The translations under genes and the position numbers were made by a program. From an uncultured Candidatus Bathyarchaeia archaeon (GTDB lineage Archaea; Thermoproteota; Bathyarchaeia; RBG-16-48-13; CAYPFQ01): DNA of 64,000 bases. This document shows positions 1 through 10,702 of this stretch, in pieces. Location of the stretch: the NCBI GenBank assembly GCA_964410135.1, contig CAYPFQ010000001.1:22560-86559 (forward strand), read 5' to 3'. The notes under the pieces are model-generated. The model had not been told where the DNA came from. It was given only the letters and a program-made list of their open reading frames with translations, and did no database searches. How positions within the stretch are numbered: the first letter of the stretch is position 1; every line of letters begins with the position of its first letter.

Positions 1-2443
1 TTGGTCCACAGGTTTTGCTTTTCCGAGTATGCCCGCCGCTTCATGTTTTGCCAGTTCTTCTCTGAGTTTTGCGATTTCCCGCTTCGCCTCTCTCAATTCC
101 ACCTCAATTCTCTGAGCAGCCTCTGGAACCTTTTCTAGATGGGTTTCATGGATTTCAGCTGCTCTTCGTAGTGCGGTTTCTCTATGCTGGACGAGTTTAA
201 TTGCAGGCACCCCCGCCGAAAATATTAGTCTTTCAACACCGTCCTGAATTCTGTCCGTGCGCATAATTTTGATTAGGCCCACCTCGCCAGTCGAACGACA
301 ATGGGTTCCTCCGCAAGCTTCGACTTCCCAGTCTTTGGTCCTAACTACTCGGATCTCTCTGCCTGGCACCACTCCACCCTGGTACAACCTAAATCCATAG
401 GCGGCTTCAGCTTTCTCTCGGGGCATCCAGGACACTTCGACAGGCATGTTCTCCATTACAATCATGTTGGCCAGGCTTTCAATTTCAGCCAGTTCATCTG
501 GAGCTATTCGCTTATAGTGTGAGATGTCAAGACGAGTGGCATCAATGCCTTTCTGCGCACCAGCTTGCCACACATGTTCTCCTAGAACCCTCCTTGCAGC
601 GCCCATTAGGATATGGGTTGCCGTGTGATGGCGCATGAGGCTGATTCGTCGAGTCCAGTCGAGTTCGCCCTCAACTTGGGCGCCTACATTTGGAGCGTTG
701 CCCTTGACTGCGTGCACGATTACATTGCCAACCTTCTGCGCATCTGTGATTTTAGCCTCTCCACTCTTCCAAGAAATGCGGCCATGATCTGCAGGCTGTC
801 CTCCGCCTTCAGGATAAAAGGCTGTTTGGTTTAGCACAAGATATTTGCCGTCTATGACATGGGAGACACGTGCCTTGAACTTGCGGGTATACGCATCTTC
901 ATAGTAAAGGGATCTAGTTGGTTTTTGGTCAGCCACCTTATCCTTTAATTTCTTCTCAAAGGATGTGACGGCAGGTTTAGGCGCAGTAACATGTCGTCTT
1001 GCCACGGTGGTGTAGAAATCATCTGGTACATTGACCTGTACATCCTCTTTGACAGCAATCTCCGAGACTAGAGTTGGCGGAATCCCGTGAGAGTCGTAGA
1101 GTTCAACAAGCTTGTTTACAGGGATGGTGTCTTCTCCTTTGGCTTTCAGATCACTGCAAATTTTTTTCACGAGCACAGTTCCACGTTCGAGAGTTCCGCG
1201 ATATTTTTCCTCCTCAATAGCTAGCACTTCTAAGATTTCGTTACGCACTCGTTTTAGGTGTGGAAAATCTGGAGACCAGAAATTAATTTGTAAATCTACT
1301 ATATCTGAGAGTCTGTTCTCGATGCCCAGCAATCTCAGTAGACGATAGGTCCTGCGGAGCACTAGCCTAGTTAGATAGCCTTCCCGTACATTTGAGGGGA
1401 CAATCCCTTCGGCAAGCATGAAGACTAGGCTTTTAGTGTGATCGAGAACTGCGAAAACGCTTTCAACTGGGGTTAGGATCTTGTGGAGCGTATCTAGATC
1501 CATGCCAATTTTTCTTGCGATTTGCTCCCGAAGTTTTTTGACATTGGCTACTTTTTCAACTCTCATGTCGCCTGAGTGCTTCGCATATTCGGATAATAGT
1601 TTTTCATCTGGCGACAGCGCGGCCATACGCATAACTTTGTCTAATGTGGATCCATATATGGCGTGAAAACAGCTTGGGGTACCTTGAGTCAGCCAAGTGT
1701 AGCGCTCTATTCCGTATCCAGTGTCGACAGTGCGGACTGGGAGTTTGATGAATTTTCCGTCTACTACTTTGTAGTTCATAAAGACAAGCGTGCAGACTTC
1801 GAAGCCTCCAATTATTCCTTCAACATCTGGTCCAGCGTTTCCGCCACCCGACCAAACACCTTCCTTGTAGGTTACGGCTTCTGATCTCACTCCCAGCTCC
1901 TTCACGACGAGTTCATGGTGGTATCGGACTGTCTGATCTTTCCAGTAGACTTCTTTCTTCGGATAGTTGAAAGCGTGATGCCCGCCCATCTCGAATATAG
2001 TGAGGTGTCTGCCGAACGTGAGCCCCACATTATCTATGTCCACAAATCTGATGCAGGGCTGGCTGATTACGAGCGGGTTGGCTGGGGGCGGAATAATTCC
2101 ATCCGTCACATAGGGCTGAAAGTCCACGATGCTGGCATCTGTGAAGTATAGGTCGTCTCTCCACCTCGACACGACTGGGTAGGGCGCGATCCGTTTATGC
2201 TTCTTTTTTTCGAAGAAGGATAAGAATAACTCTCGCATTCCTGGTATGTCATAGCGTTTTTTAGCTGGAGGATGCCCTATGAACTCATATTCTTGGCAGG
2301 GAGCTTCTCCACAAATTTCTTGATCGTGAATTTGAGTCCAATAAAATTCCCCGCATGTCTTACATTTTTTCCTAACGAATCCATGCTCATCGAAGAATGG
2401 GATGTGATACTCACTTTCAGGAAACTCTACCAAGGGCGATCCT
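1..2443 (-). CDS. alaS: alanyl-tRNA synthetase, N-terminal ~814 codons (C-terminus lies beyond window start); probable TTG start at 2441-2443
   Basis: Reverse translation near 2300-2443 gives (M)VEFPESEYHIPFFDEHGFVRKKCKTCGEFYWTQIHDQEICGEAPCQEYEFIG, the archaeal AlaRS N-terminus. The region ~300-640 gives the editing-domain motifs HTATHIL and CGGTH. It runs off the window edge, so the ORF track did not list it. Confidence 0.85.
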
Positions 2444-2639
2444 CCAACTATGACAAGCGTAGGGCTTTCAAACAGAAAAGGTTAGGGATAATTTTTAACC
2501 CTTTGCACATGCCAATATGCGCACGCTTAAGGCTTGAGCTAGAACATTAGATCTCTTAAAAAAGTGGTTAAGAAATCGGCGAGGAAGAGAAAATTTAATG
2601 CCTCTAACTTATAGAGGGCCCAAATAGAGCTGATAGGCT

Positions 2640-2930
2640 TTAACCGAAGAGCGCTCCAAGTCCAGCTACAGCTTCTTCCTCTTTTTTCTCTTCCTTCTTT
2701 TCCTTCTTCTTCTCGGCGGTTGGTGCACCTGCAGGTGCTGAGGCGAGAGCTAATGCGGGACCTGCTTTTATTGCCTCATCAATGTTCACTTCAGATAATG
2801 CGGCTACCAGCGATCTTACTCGGGCTTCATCGATTTTAACGCCAGCGGATGTCAACAGTTTCTTCAGGTTCTCTTCGTTAACTGGCTTTTTTGTAGAGTG
2901 TAGAAGCATAGCAGCGTATACATATTCCAT
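2640..2930 (-). CDS. rpl12: 50S ribosomal stalk protein L12 (P1)
   Basis: 96 aa. The Ala/Glu/Lys-rich C-terminal tail ends in GLGALFG, typical of archaeal P1. It sits downstream of L10/P0. Confidence 0.9.
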   Translation of the reverse strand: MEYVYAAMLLHSTKKPVNEENLKKLLTSAGVKIDEARVRSLVAALSEVNIDEAIKAGPALALASAPAGAPTAEKKKEKKEEKKEEEAVAGLGALFG

Positions 2931-3832
2931 TACTTTGTTTCACCTTTCTCCTTCTTTTCTTCCCCCTCCACCTTTTCAACTTTTTCTTCTACAGGAGGAG
3001 TTGGAGCCATCATTGCACGGTAGGCTTCACTAATTGAATCTGAAACCGGGTCTTTCACCTGAACCTTTGCTTTGAGGGCTACCGCATAACCATCCATTCT
3101 TGCCTTCATCAGCAGAACACCTGCCGTTTCCTTCGTGGCAAAGGCGCTGTTTAAGGCCAGATTCAATGCGTAATTATGTGCGTCTTCAATCTGTTTTTTC
3201 AGAGCATCAAGGTCTATTCGCAGCGCGTCTGATGTTAAGATGGATCCATTTTCATAGGCAGCGTTAAGCATAAGCCCTACCTCAATTGGCTTTACTCCAA
3301 GTTTTGAGAGGACGCTGGCAAGTTTCGGAGAGATCACATCGCCTCTCTTAGCTACAACCGTATCCCTTGTGATTATAACGCTTCCAGCTTCAATTTTGGT
3401 CGGCAAACCTACCTCGGTTAATTCGGAGATAACTGGTCCCGGAGGCAACCCTGTATTTCCAGCTGGGATAACTATGTCGTCGGGAGCTATGTCTCCGGCT
3501 TTGGCCGCGGTTTTTATCTTACTTTTCTCCAAGAGGATTGCCAGTCTGAACGGGTCAATGTTTGTAAACATGAAGATGCTTGCGCCGGCTATGTGCAGGG
3601 GCAGTTCTTTTATGTTTGGCTTTGTTTTTTCGCATTTTTCTATAGCTCTTTGCATCAGAGTATTTTTTGAAACTTTGATTGTCACTTCGCCTCGCAGCTT
3701 TTTCCTTAATGCCTGAAGCTGGGGAGCTCTTACTTTATACGAGCTGGCAATGGTGGTTACCTTGCACTGATCTATGAGGCGGGAGAGTGCTTCTACTTCC
3801 TGCACCTTCCAATTAGCTTTTTCTTCACCCAT
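2930..3832 (-). CDS. rpl10: 50S ribosomal protein L10 (acidic stalk protein P0)
   Basis: 300 aa with a P0-like L10 domain and a KE-rich tail, in conserved L11-L1-L10-L12 order. Confidence 0.9.
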   Translation of the reverse strand: MGEEKANWKVQEVEALSRLIDQCKVTTIASSYKVRAPQLQALRKKLRGEVTIKVSKNTLMQRAIEKCEKTKPNIKELPLHIAGASIFMFTNIDPFRLAILLEKSKIKTAAKAGDIAPDDIVIPAGNTGLPPGPVISELTEVGLPTKIEAGSVIITRDTVVAKRGDVISPKLASVLSKLGVKPIEVGLMLNAAYENGSILTSDALRIDLDALKKQIEDAHNYALNLALNSAFATKETAGVLLMKARMDGYAVALKAKVQVKDPVSDSISEAYRAMMAPTPPVEEKVEKVEGEEKKEKGETK

Positions 3833-3842
3833 TAGTCGTCAC

Positions 3843-4493
3843 CTATAATTTGAATTTGACATTTTGCCCCATCGTAGTTTTTAGATAGACTTCTTTGATG
3901 TTCTTTAGACCTTTTTCCAGTTTTACCTCTAGCCTAGTTAGCACTGTTTGAGCATTTTCCGCTATTTTATCGTTCGGCATATCTTCTGTTCCAATTCGGC
4001 TTTGAATGACTGGCTGATCTTTGATTCTGGCGCGTATCATCTTTCGATGTTTCGTCAAAATTGGTTCAATTGGAGCGTTAGGTGGGACAGGGCTCGGCAT
4101 TTTTCCACGTGGACCTAAAAACGCGCCGAGGATTTTGCCGACGGTTGGCATAAGCGGGGCTTCTGCAATAAAAAAGTCATACGTATCTGCTAATTCCCTT
4201 GCAGCTTTCTTATTTGTACCTAGTTTTTCAAGGGCTTCTTTTTCAATTACAAAATCCGCGCCAGCTCTTTTCGCATCTAGAGCGAGGGCGCCAGAAGCAA
4301 CCACGCAGACTTTAACGGTCTTTCCAATCGGGTGTGGGAGCTCTATCAACTCATTGATCCGGCTCTCCGGCTTTTTCATGTCGATGTCACGTAGTTTCAC
4401 AACTAGATCTACAGATTGTGTGAACTCTCGTTTTTTGGAGTTTTTCTTTGCATTTTCAACTGCGGCTACAAGATTTTTTATGTCAACCGGCAT
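3843..4493 (-). CDS. rpl1: 50S ribosomal protein L1
   Basis: 216 aa with a typical L1 fold sequence, in the conserved cluster. Confidence 0.9.
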   Translation of the reverse strand: MPVDIKNLVAAVENAKKNSKKREFTQSVDLVVKLRDIDMKKPESRINELIELPHPIGKTVKVCVVASGALALDAKRAGADFVIEKEALEKLGTNKKAARELADTYDFFIAEAPLMPTVGKILGAFLGPRGKMPSPVPPNAPIEPILTKHRKMIRARIKDQPVIQSRIGTEDMPNDKIAENAQTVLTRLEVKLEKGLKNIKEVYLKTTMGQNVKFKL

Positions 4494-4981
4494 TATTTCT
4501 CACCAAAAATCCCGTCAAATTTTCCCGCGTCGATTTCACGTTGAACTTCTCTGGGGTCCTTCCCTTCGACGGTGACTCCTATGGCTAGGCATGCGCCGAG
4601 CACTTCTTTTGCAGCCATCTTCAAATCCCTTGCGAGAAGTTTCTCGTACTTGACTTGGGCTATCTTTGCCACTTGCTCCATCGTGAGGTTGCCCACCTTC
4701 TCAGCCTTCGGGCTGCCGGAGCCCTTTGCAATACCTAACTCCTTTACGATTAATGCAGCCGTTGTCGGAACTCCTACCTGAACTTCAAATTCTTTGGTTC
4801 CTACGTCTACGATTATTTTGACCGGGACCTTCATTCCAACATAGTCCTTGGTCAGCTCGTTGATTTTTGTGACAATCGCCAAAACGTTGACTCCGAGCGG
4901 TCCTAAGGATGGACCTAAGGGCGGTCCAGCGGTGGCTTGCCCTCCCGCGATGAGGGCGTCAATTGTTTTCTTTTCACTCAA
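4493..4981 (-). CDS. rpl11: 50S ribosomal protein L11 (TTG start overlapping the spt5 stop)
   Basis: Carries the GGQATAGPPLGPSLGPLG L11 motif. The ORF-track ATG at 5035 would overlap spt5 by 62 nt. An in-frame TTG within ttgagtgaa overlaps the spt5 TGA stop and gives the usual MSEKKTIDALIAGG N-terminus. Confidence 0.85.
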   Translation of the reverse strand: MSEKKTIDALIAGGQATAGPPLGPSLGPLGVNVLAIVTKINELTKDYVGMKVPVKIIVDVGTKEFEVQVGVPTTAALIVKELGIAKGSGSPKAEKVGNLTMEQVAKIAQVKYEKLLARDLKMAAKEVLGACLAIGVTVEGKDPREVQREIDAGKFDGIFGEK

Positions 4982-5486
4982 CCACTTTTGCCCCCTCAGC
5001 TTTTTCCTTTGCCCTGGCTTTACTCGATCTTTCAAGTAGCTTAACGTAGTCAGCGTGAACGGTGATGGGTAGGGTAAACGTTGCTTCTAATAGCTCAAGA
5101 GTAACCTCGTTCTTCACCCGATCCAACCGCGTGATGCTTGCCTTCATTCCCTTAAAGGGGCCGCCTACAACCTCCACGGTATCTCCAATATCAATCTCTT
5201 CAATAACTGGCTTTGTAACAATGAAATGCTCAACATCTGAAGCTTCCACAATCCCTGGCACACGGGATTTGAGATGTTTAATCCCAGCAATCGCTTCTTC
5301 CACAAAGTGTGCTCCGGGAGCTTCTAGGAAAATGTAGCCTCGTAGAATTTCAGGTGCGAGAATAGCTTTTAATGGTAGCTTACTGGCCCGAGCTCTTACA
5401 GCAATGACGCCTACCACATTCCTTTCTTGACCAGCCGTAGTTCTAACCGCAAAAAAAGCGGTGGAACCCCTTTTCTCCTCGGTCAA
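4974..5486 (-). CDS. spt5: transcription elongation factor Spt5 (NusG homolog, NGN + KOW)
   Basis: 170 aa with an NGN domain and a C-terminal KOW region (GDTVEVVGGPFKGMKASI), in the conserved secE-spt5-L11 arrangement. Confidence 0.85.
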   Translation of the reverse strand: MTEEKRGSTAFFAVRTTAGQERNVVGVIAVRARASKLPLKAILAPEILRGYIFLEAPGAHFVEEAIAGIKHLKSRVPGIVEASDVEHFIVTKPVIEEIDIGDTVEVVGGPFKGMKASITRLDRVKNEVTLELLEATFTLPITVHADYVKLLERSSKARAKEKAEGAKVVE

Positions 5487-5498
5487 TATCTTTAACCT

Positions 5499-5678
5499 CT
5501 ATGTCGGGACAAAACCTTGTAACATCGCTGAAATAAACCGGATCATGAACCCAATTATGCCGATTATGGCTATGCCTGCGGCACACAGCTTTATCGATAG
5601 CCAAAGCTCATCACGACTCGGTCTTGTAGCGAGTTTTAACAAGCGATCGCAGGATTCAAGGAATGCACGGGCATTCAT
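5499..5678 (-). CDS. secE: preprotein translocase subunit SecE (Sec61 gamma)
   Basis: About 59 aa counted from the internal Met (MNARAF...), with a single C-terminal TM helix (AAGIAIIGIIGFMIRFI). It lies immediately upstream of spt5. Confidence 0.7.
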   Translation of the reverse strand: MNARAFLESCDRLLKLATRPSRDELWLSIKLCAAGIAIIGIIGFMIRFISAMLQGFVPT

Positions 5679-5740
5679 GCCTTGGACACCTCGATTCTTC
5701 TGACACAACTAAACTGAGCATATCTTTTAAGTTTACGGTT

Positions 5741-6553
5741 CTAAACTCTTAACACTTCGATGTCCATTTCTTCTAAAATTTCAAGCACCATTCTTCTCGG
5801 CTGACCGCGAGTCCCTTTCCAATCTATGACCGCATGTTTACAGCCGCCCCAAGTTTTCTGGAAACACATTCTAACCATCTCAGCATCCATTTTTTCGAGT
5901 GCGTATTTTGACATTATATGTCCTACAGCAAGATCTTGTTCCAAAGTCACTCGGGTATGAGATGGAGCATAATGTCCGGCGCCAAAACCCACTGCAGATG
6001 GGCTTTTTGATGGGCTGGTTATCGCTGTCCAGATAGCTTCTGCAACTGCTTCGCCAGCTTTTGGGTCTATCCACTGCGCTTCAGAGCTCCCGATCTCCAT
6101 GAATGTAATTGGAACGCTCATTTCGGTTGGACCATGATGGGTGACTTCAAGCGAGATTGAGTAGTCTAGGTTGAGTTTTTTCCCGAGGTGGGCTAGGGTT
6201 AAGAGTGCAGCTTTCATGCGTTGAGGATTTGCCCATGCAATTTCTCTAGGGTGCCCGCCATAAAGGGCTTGGTCGGTTAGATTGCCGGGAACGTGCACTG
6301 TCAGGGTTGGCTGGCCGGTTTCACTTTTATGGCGTGAGGCAAAAATTATCTCATCAATTTTAAATTGTTGGTCTAATTTGTTTGCATGGATGCACTCTGA
6401 GTTAGGAAATGTCAGCAGAACATCTTGGCATTTATAGACGAGCTTTCCATCGAAGACTTCTTCGGTTTCAACAAAATTGTGACGCTTGATCAGTTTGTCC
6501 GCGATGTTGAGGGCTGCTTTATCTAAATACGAGGCAACAACTAGAATTGTCAT
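5741..6553 (-). CDS. dtdA: D-aminoacyl-tRNA deacylase, archaeal type (DtdA)
   Basis: 270 aa. Motifs IFASRHKSETGQPTLTVHVPGN, EVTHHGPTE and GHYAPSHT match the archaeal D-Tyr-tRNA(Tyr) deacylase family. Confidence 0.75.
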   Translation of the reverse strand: MTILVVASYLDKAALNIADKLIKRHNFVETEEVFDGKLVYKCQDVLLTFPNSECIHANKLDQQFKIDEIIFASRHKSETGQPTLTVHVPGNLTDQALYGGHPREIAWANPQRMKAALLTLAHLGKKLNLDYSISLEVTHHGPTEMSVPITFMEIGSSEAQWIDPKAGEAVAEAIWTAITSPSKSPSAVGFGAGHYAPSHTRVTLEQDLAVGHIMSKYALEKMDAEMVRMCFQKTWGGCKHAVIDWKGTRGQPRRMVLEILEEMDIEVLRV

Positions 6554-6562
6554 GAGAAAGCC

Positions 6563-7501
6563 TCAGAGAAGTAGAGCGAGTAACGCCTTTTGTAAATGCA
6601 ATCTATTTTCAGCTTGGTCCCAAACAATTGATTGAGGGCCGTCAATAACTTCGGCTACAACCTCTTCTCCACGGTGTGCGGGAAGGCAGTGCATGAAGAC
6701 CGCGTCTTTCTTTGCGTATTTGAAGAGTTTTGGGGTGACTTGATATTTTGGTAGGAAAACTTTCAGTCGCTTCTTACGTTCATCCTCAGTGCCCATTGAG
6801 ATAAAAGTGTCTGTGTAAATTATATCAGCATTCTTCACAGCCTCTTTGGGCTCAGTGGTAATCTTGATTGTTGAGCCGCTTTTCTCAGCATTTTGCTTTG
6901 CCCAGCCGAGAACAGTCTTACTTGGCTCGTATCCTTTTGGACAGGCGGCACTCATGTCCATGCCGAATTTAGAGCAACCTATTAACAGCGAGTTGCAGAC
7001 ATTGTTTCCATCTCCCACCCACGCCAGTTTCAATCCCTTAAAATCGCCTTTATGCTCACGAATTGTAAGGAGATCGGAGAGACCTTGACATGGGTGATGT
7101 AGATCGGATAGTCCATTTATGACTGGGACTGAGGCATGTTTCGCTATTTCTTCTATGTCAGAATGAGCGAAGACTCTTGCCATGATTCCATGTGCATAAC
7201 GACTGAGCACCCTTGCGGTATCTCCGATTGTTTCGCCTCTTCCTAGTTGCAATTCATTCCAGCTTAGATAGAGTGCGTGTCCACCTAGCTGTTTCATGGC
7301 CACTTCAAATGAAGCTCTTGTACGTGTAGATGGCTTCTGAAAGATCATCGCTAAGACCTTGTCTCGCAGTAGCTCGCGCTTCCGTCCTGCTAGCAGAGCC
7401 CGCTTCAATTGCTCAGCTGTTTTCAGAAAGAGTTGTAGCTCGTTCACATCGTATTCCTGCGTCGTCAAAAAATCGCGGCCTCTAACACTCAACATGTCCA
7501 C
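6563..7501 (-). CDS. argF: ornithine carbamoyltransferase
   Basis: 312 aa with the STRTR carbamoyl-phosphate motif, DGNNV and HCLPAHRGEEV, the OTC signature rather than ATCase. Confidence 0.8.
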   Translation of the reverse strand: MDMLSVRGRDFLTTQEYDVNELQLFLKTAEQLKRALLAGRKRELLRDKVLAMIFQKPSTRTRASFEVAMKQLGGHALYLSWNELQLGRGETIGDTARVLSRYAHGIMARVFAHSDIEEIAKHASVPVINGLSDLHHPCQGLSDLLTIREHKGDFKGLKLAWVGDGNNVCNSLLIGCSKFGMDMSAACPKGYEPSKTVLGWAKQNAEKSGSTIKITTEPKEAVKNADIIYTDTFISMGTEDERKKRLKVFLPKYQVTPKLFKYAKKDAVFMHCLPAHRGEEVVAEVIDGPQSIVWDQAENRLHLQKALLALLL

Positions 7502-7504
7502 CCG

Positions 7505-8410
7505 CTAATCAAGTATCTTATCTACAATAAATTTAGGATCAAACGGCACCAGATCTTCGTATTTCTGACCGTTTCCGAGAAATATAATAGGTTTTTTTGT
7601 GATATACGCAACTGAGATCGCCGCTCCGCCTTTTGCATCTGCATCCATTTTTGTTAGGATAGATGCGCTTACAGCAACATGTTTATTGAACTCTTCGGCT
7701 TGAGCGACCGCATCATTACCAGTTAGCGAGTCGCCAACAAAGATAACGAGATCGGGTTTAGTAACCCTAACTATCTTCTCCATCTCATTCATCAAGTTCA
7801 CATCGGTCTCCATCCGTCCAGCTGTGTCAATGAGCACGGCGTTAATTCCATGTGCTTTCGCGTGACTGATTGCATCGAATGCCACAGAGGCTGCGTCCGA
7901 ACCATAGGGACGTTGAATCAGCCGTACTCCGAGGCGTTTAGCATGTTCTTCAAGCTGTTCAATGGCACCAGCCCTATACGTATCACTGCACGCGAGCACC
8001 ACCGAGTAATCATGATTCATCAGGAATCTCGCAACCTTACCGATCGTGGTTGTTTTTCCGGTTCCATTTATTCCCACAAAGACTATGAGTGTGGGTTTTT
8101 TTGATTTCACGTTCTCTTTAACGGTTTGAAGCAGGTCGACCATTTGCTCAGTTGTCAATATGCTGGTCAATGCGCTTCGTAACGCCTCTTTAACTATTTT
8201 TTTACGGTCCGTAAACCTATCCACCGAAATGCCGTGAAGCCTGTTCTTCAGCTCATTGCAAATCTTGTCAGCAACTGAGACAGCGACATCGTTCTCGATG
8301 AGAGTTAAACTAAATTCCTTTAAAATTGGATCCAGCGATTCCGCTTTCAAATCAACCTTTGTTACCTTGTCGAGAAGTGAGTCAATGCCTTTACGAAGCT
8401 TTTCAAACAC
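7505..8410 (-). CDS. ftsY: signal recognition particle receptor FtsY
   Basis: 301 aa with an SRP GTPase NG domain (GINGTGKTTTIGK, DTAGR). Confidence 0.9.
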   Translation of the reverse strand: MFEKLRKGIDSLLDKVTKVDLKAESLDPILKEFSLTLIENDVAVSVADKICNELKNRLHGISVDRFTDRKKIVKEALRSALTSILTTEQMVDLLQTVKENVKSKKPTLIVFVGINGTGKTTTIGKVARFLMNHDYSVVLACSDTYRAGAIEQLEEHAKRLGVRLIQRPYGSDAASVAFDAISHAKAHGINAVLIDTAGRMETDVNLMNEMEKIVRVTKPDLVIFVGDSLTGNDAVAQAEEFNKHVAVSASILTKMDADAKGGAAISVAYITKKPIIFLGNGQKYEDLVPFDPKFIVDKILD

Positions 8411-8852
8411 TCTTCCCTTCGCCCTCAGTTAACCTGCTAGACATCTCAGTGGCCTTTGCTCTAACTTCCTCCATCCTATATGCAACTTGAACCAGTTGTT
8501 GTTGAATAGCTACACGTACCTTCTCAAGCTCTTCTGACCGGTTTCTAATACTTTCCTTGGCTGCATCAACAGTTTTCTCCACAGCAACACCAGCACCAAC
8601 TCCAACTATAACTTTTTCAGAGTCGCTGAGCTGCGCTTTCGCGTAGGATCCTCCGCCAATGGGGACGAGGATGGAAGATCCTGGCTTCTTGTCTTTCGTA
8701 CCCTCCAATGCTGTAGTGGCCAACTTGAACTCCATGAGCCCCGCATCGACTAAATTAAGCCTGGACTGAAGCTCTTCAAAGGTGCCTTCTAACAAACGGA
8801 GTTCTATGATCAAACGTCTGAGAGCTTCCTCTTCAGTTGCCAATTGCCTCAA
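8403..8852 (-). CDS. pfdA: prefoldin alpha subunit
   Basis: 149 aa coiled-coil protein with a prefoldin-alpha pattern, in the conserved LX-pfdA-ftsY context. Confidence 0.8.
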   Translation of the reverse strand: MRQLATEEEALRRLIIELRLLEGTFEELQSRLNLVDAGLMEFKLATTALEGTKDKKPGSSILVPIGGGSYAKAQLSDSEKVIVGVGAGVAVEKTVDAAKESIRNRSEELEKVRVAIQQQLVQVAYRMEEVRAKATEMSSRLTEGEGKSV

Positions 8853-9088
8853 CCCTCACTTTCAGAGAGCTTCCTTATGATTAGGCTTTTAGCCTCTTCT
8901 GGCTTAATTTCCTCGATTTGAGAGATGCGAATATGATGACGTTTTACCCTGTGACGGCTTCCGAGCTCGGCATAAAGCTTCTCAGCCACATCTTCAGGTT
9001 TAAGTGCTCTAAACTCCTTCACGAACGAGGTCCGCATCTTCGGATCGACGATCTCGCCTTTAACTCGAAATATTTTCACTCTATTCAT
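8849..9088 (-). CDS. rplX: 50S ribosomal protein L18Ae / LX
   Basis: 79 aa small basic protein in conserved position between eIF6 and pfdA. Confidence 0.7.
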   Translation of the reverse strand: MNRVKIFRVKGEIVDPKMRTSFVKEFRALKPEDVAEKLYAELGSRHRVKRHHIRISQIEEIKPEEAKSLIIRKLSESEG

Positions 9089-9100
9089 ACACTATACCAC

Positions 9101-9775
9101 TCATGCTGTGACATTTAGTGCTTGTCCAACTATGACTAACTCAGGTCCAGTAGTAATTGAGCCTACTACAGCCCCGTGCCTATTTGCTATGATTCCCGAC
9201 CTTATATATGGTACACCGCAATTAACCGTTCCTACATCTACCGGAACCTTCAGAATTTTATCCAAAATTTTTCGCTCATCCTCCCTCAGCATTGGATGTG
9301 CCAACACTCCGCTGTTTGTCGCGATAGCGAGCGAGCCCACATATGGAAACCCTGCAATTTCGCCATGAACCACTTCTACGCCAAGTACATCGCTTACTGC
9401 TCTGATCGCGCCTTGAGATAACCTAGGATCAGCAACGGCGCCATAATCGTTGGTTAGTATGAGGTTACCTAGCGCATTTTGTTTAGAGGCGATCCTCTCT
9501 ATGTTAACATCTCTGAGTGCTGACTTTAGGACTTTGACGTCCTCATCATGCGTGAAATTGGGAAGTACTATGCCATGAGAATTGGCGGTAGCAAGGACGC
9601 CAATTAGGAGGGAGGATCCTATGTTAACGCGGATTGCTTTGACGTTTAGAAAACGCTTAATTTTCTCAATTTTAGTTTTTGGAACACTTACTGGAACTAG
9701 AACATATTCGTCGGTTGCAAGAGAGAAGACACCGATGTTTGGGCTACCGAGAAGATCGTAACGGAAGACCGCCAA
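9101..9775 (-). CDS. eif6: translation initiation factor 6 (aIF6)
   Basis: 224 aa with pentameric eIF6 repeats (for example GSSLLIGVLATANSHGIVLP). Confidence 0.85.
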   Translation of the reverse strand: MAVFRYDLLGSPNIGVFSLATDEYVLVPVSVPKTKIEKIKRFLNVKAIRVNIGSSLLIGVLATANSHGIVLPNFTHDEDVKVLKSALRDVNIERIASKQNALGNLILTNDYGAVADPRLSQGAIRAVSDVLGVEVVHGEIAGFPYVGSLAIATNSGVLAHPMLREDERKILDKILKVPVDVGTVNCGVPYIRSGIIANRHGAVVGSITTGPELVIVGQALNVTA

Positions 9776-9778
9776 ACT

Positions 9779-10189
9779 TTAGTCTCCCTTCACCTCAACG
9801 GGATAGACTGTGACTACCCCTTCCTTGTCCTTTGCAGCCTTAACACGAATTCTTCTAGGAGGCTTTTGAATACCTCTGCTCCATAACGCCTCATTTATCT
9901 CGTTGGTTATCACAACGGATTCAGCCTTCATATGTCTAACCATAAAATTCCGTAGGATCCTAACTGCCTTTGGCGCCCGTTTACGCCTGGAAACGAGCCA
10001 GGCTCTACGAAGAGGCACTGTGTAAATTCTCTCCTCAAGCTCCTTTTTTGCTGGCTTTTCTTCTTTGGCAACCTCCCTCTTCTCTGCTGACGCCGCCTTC
10101 TTTTTAGGCTCTTCTTCCGCCTTCTTCCCAGGTTTCACTGCCTCAGCCGGCTCAGCCTTTTTTTGTTCAGCTTTCTCTTTTTCAGTCAT
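9779..10189 (-). CDS. rpl31e: 50S ribosomal protein L31e (with KE-rich N-terminal extension)
   Basis: The C-terminal 80 aa match L31e (IYTVPLRRAWLVSRRKRAPKAVRILRNF...). Confidence 0.85.
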   Translation of the reverse strand: MTEKEKAEQKKAEPAEAVKPGKKAEEEPKKKAASAEKREVAKEEKPAKKELEERIYTVPLRRAWLVSRRKRAPKAVRILRNFMVRHMKAESVVITNEINEALWSRGIQKPPRRIRVKAAKDKEGVVTVYPVEVKGD

Positions 10190-10203
10190 CCGCTAATAAT
10201 CTC

Positions 10204-10359
10204 CTAGATCCTCAGTTTTCTCCGTCTCCAATGCCGTCTCGTAGGGCTTCTTCGTACGCGTCCCAAAGTTTTTGCAATAATCCACGCCGGGACAGGTCTA
10301 GCCTGCTTAATGGCTTTAGCCAATTTTCTCTTTTTCGCGGAAGACTTAGCTCCAGGCAT
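10204..10359 (-). CDS. rpl39e: 50S ribosomal protein L39e
   Basis: 51 aa counted from the internal Met. [31 protein letters not shown]...HWRRRKL matches L39e. The longer ORF-track start would overlap the upstream gene. Confidence 0.8.
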   Translation of the reverse strand: MPGAKSSAKKRKLAKAIKQARPVPAWIIAKTLGRVRRSPTRRHWRRRKLRI

Positions 10360-10360
10360 G

Positions 10361-10702
10361 TCACATCCTCCGAATCCTCGTTTCACGCCTTTGAGATTGC
10401 AATCTAATCAGAACTTCTTTTAGCTGTTCATCTGTGATTGGAAGTTTTACTTTTCCAGTTTGGGCTGCTTGTATGAGTTGGAGCTCAATTTGTTCAGCGA
10501 ACTCGGGTCTAACTAGTTTGAGGTTGTTTAAGCGTTGTCGGGCCTCAGGGGTCATGATCACTCGTAACGCTGCCTGTTTCTGTGCTTCAACCTGAAGTTT
10601 CTTCTGCTGCTCAGCCATTCTGCGTTGAAGGGAGAGCAGTTTACGTTTCTGAATTGCGGCGAGCTCTGCATCTTCGGTGCTCATCTCAAACAACCTACTC
10701 AT
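10361..10702 (-). CDS. DNA-binding protein, PDCD5/TFAR19-like
   Basis: 113 aa, helical and Gln/Lys-rich. It is the conserved archaeal PDCD5 homologue found between S19e and L39e. Confidence 0.65.
   Translation of the reverse strand: MSRLFEMSTEDAELAAIQKRKLLSLQRRMAEQQKKLQVEAQKQAALRVIMTPEARQRLNNLKLVRPEFAEQIELQLIQAAQTGKVKLPITDEQLKEVLIRLQSQRRETRIRRM

Noticed and set aside
2272-2550. 92-aa plus-strand ORF at the alaS 5' end
   Set aside because: The opposite strand here encodes the unmistakable AlaRS N-terminus (EYHIPFFDEHGFVRKKCKTCGEFYW). The plus-strand ORF is a shadow.
4021-4575. 184-aa ORF on the plus strand, together with many similar 60-200 aa ORFs (for example 3369..3716, 15472..15969, 21047..21529, 29403..29960, 37936..38436, 46104..46694, 49105..49768)
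   Set aside because: All lie antisense to or out of frame with strongly supported genes (ribosomal proteins, UbiE-like MTase, NrdJ, SepRS, TIM, NadA, thermosome). Their translations are low-complexity and Ser/Pro/Arg-rich, typical of shadow ORFs.
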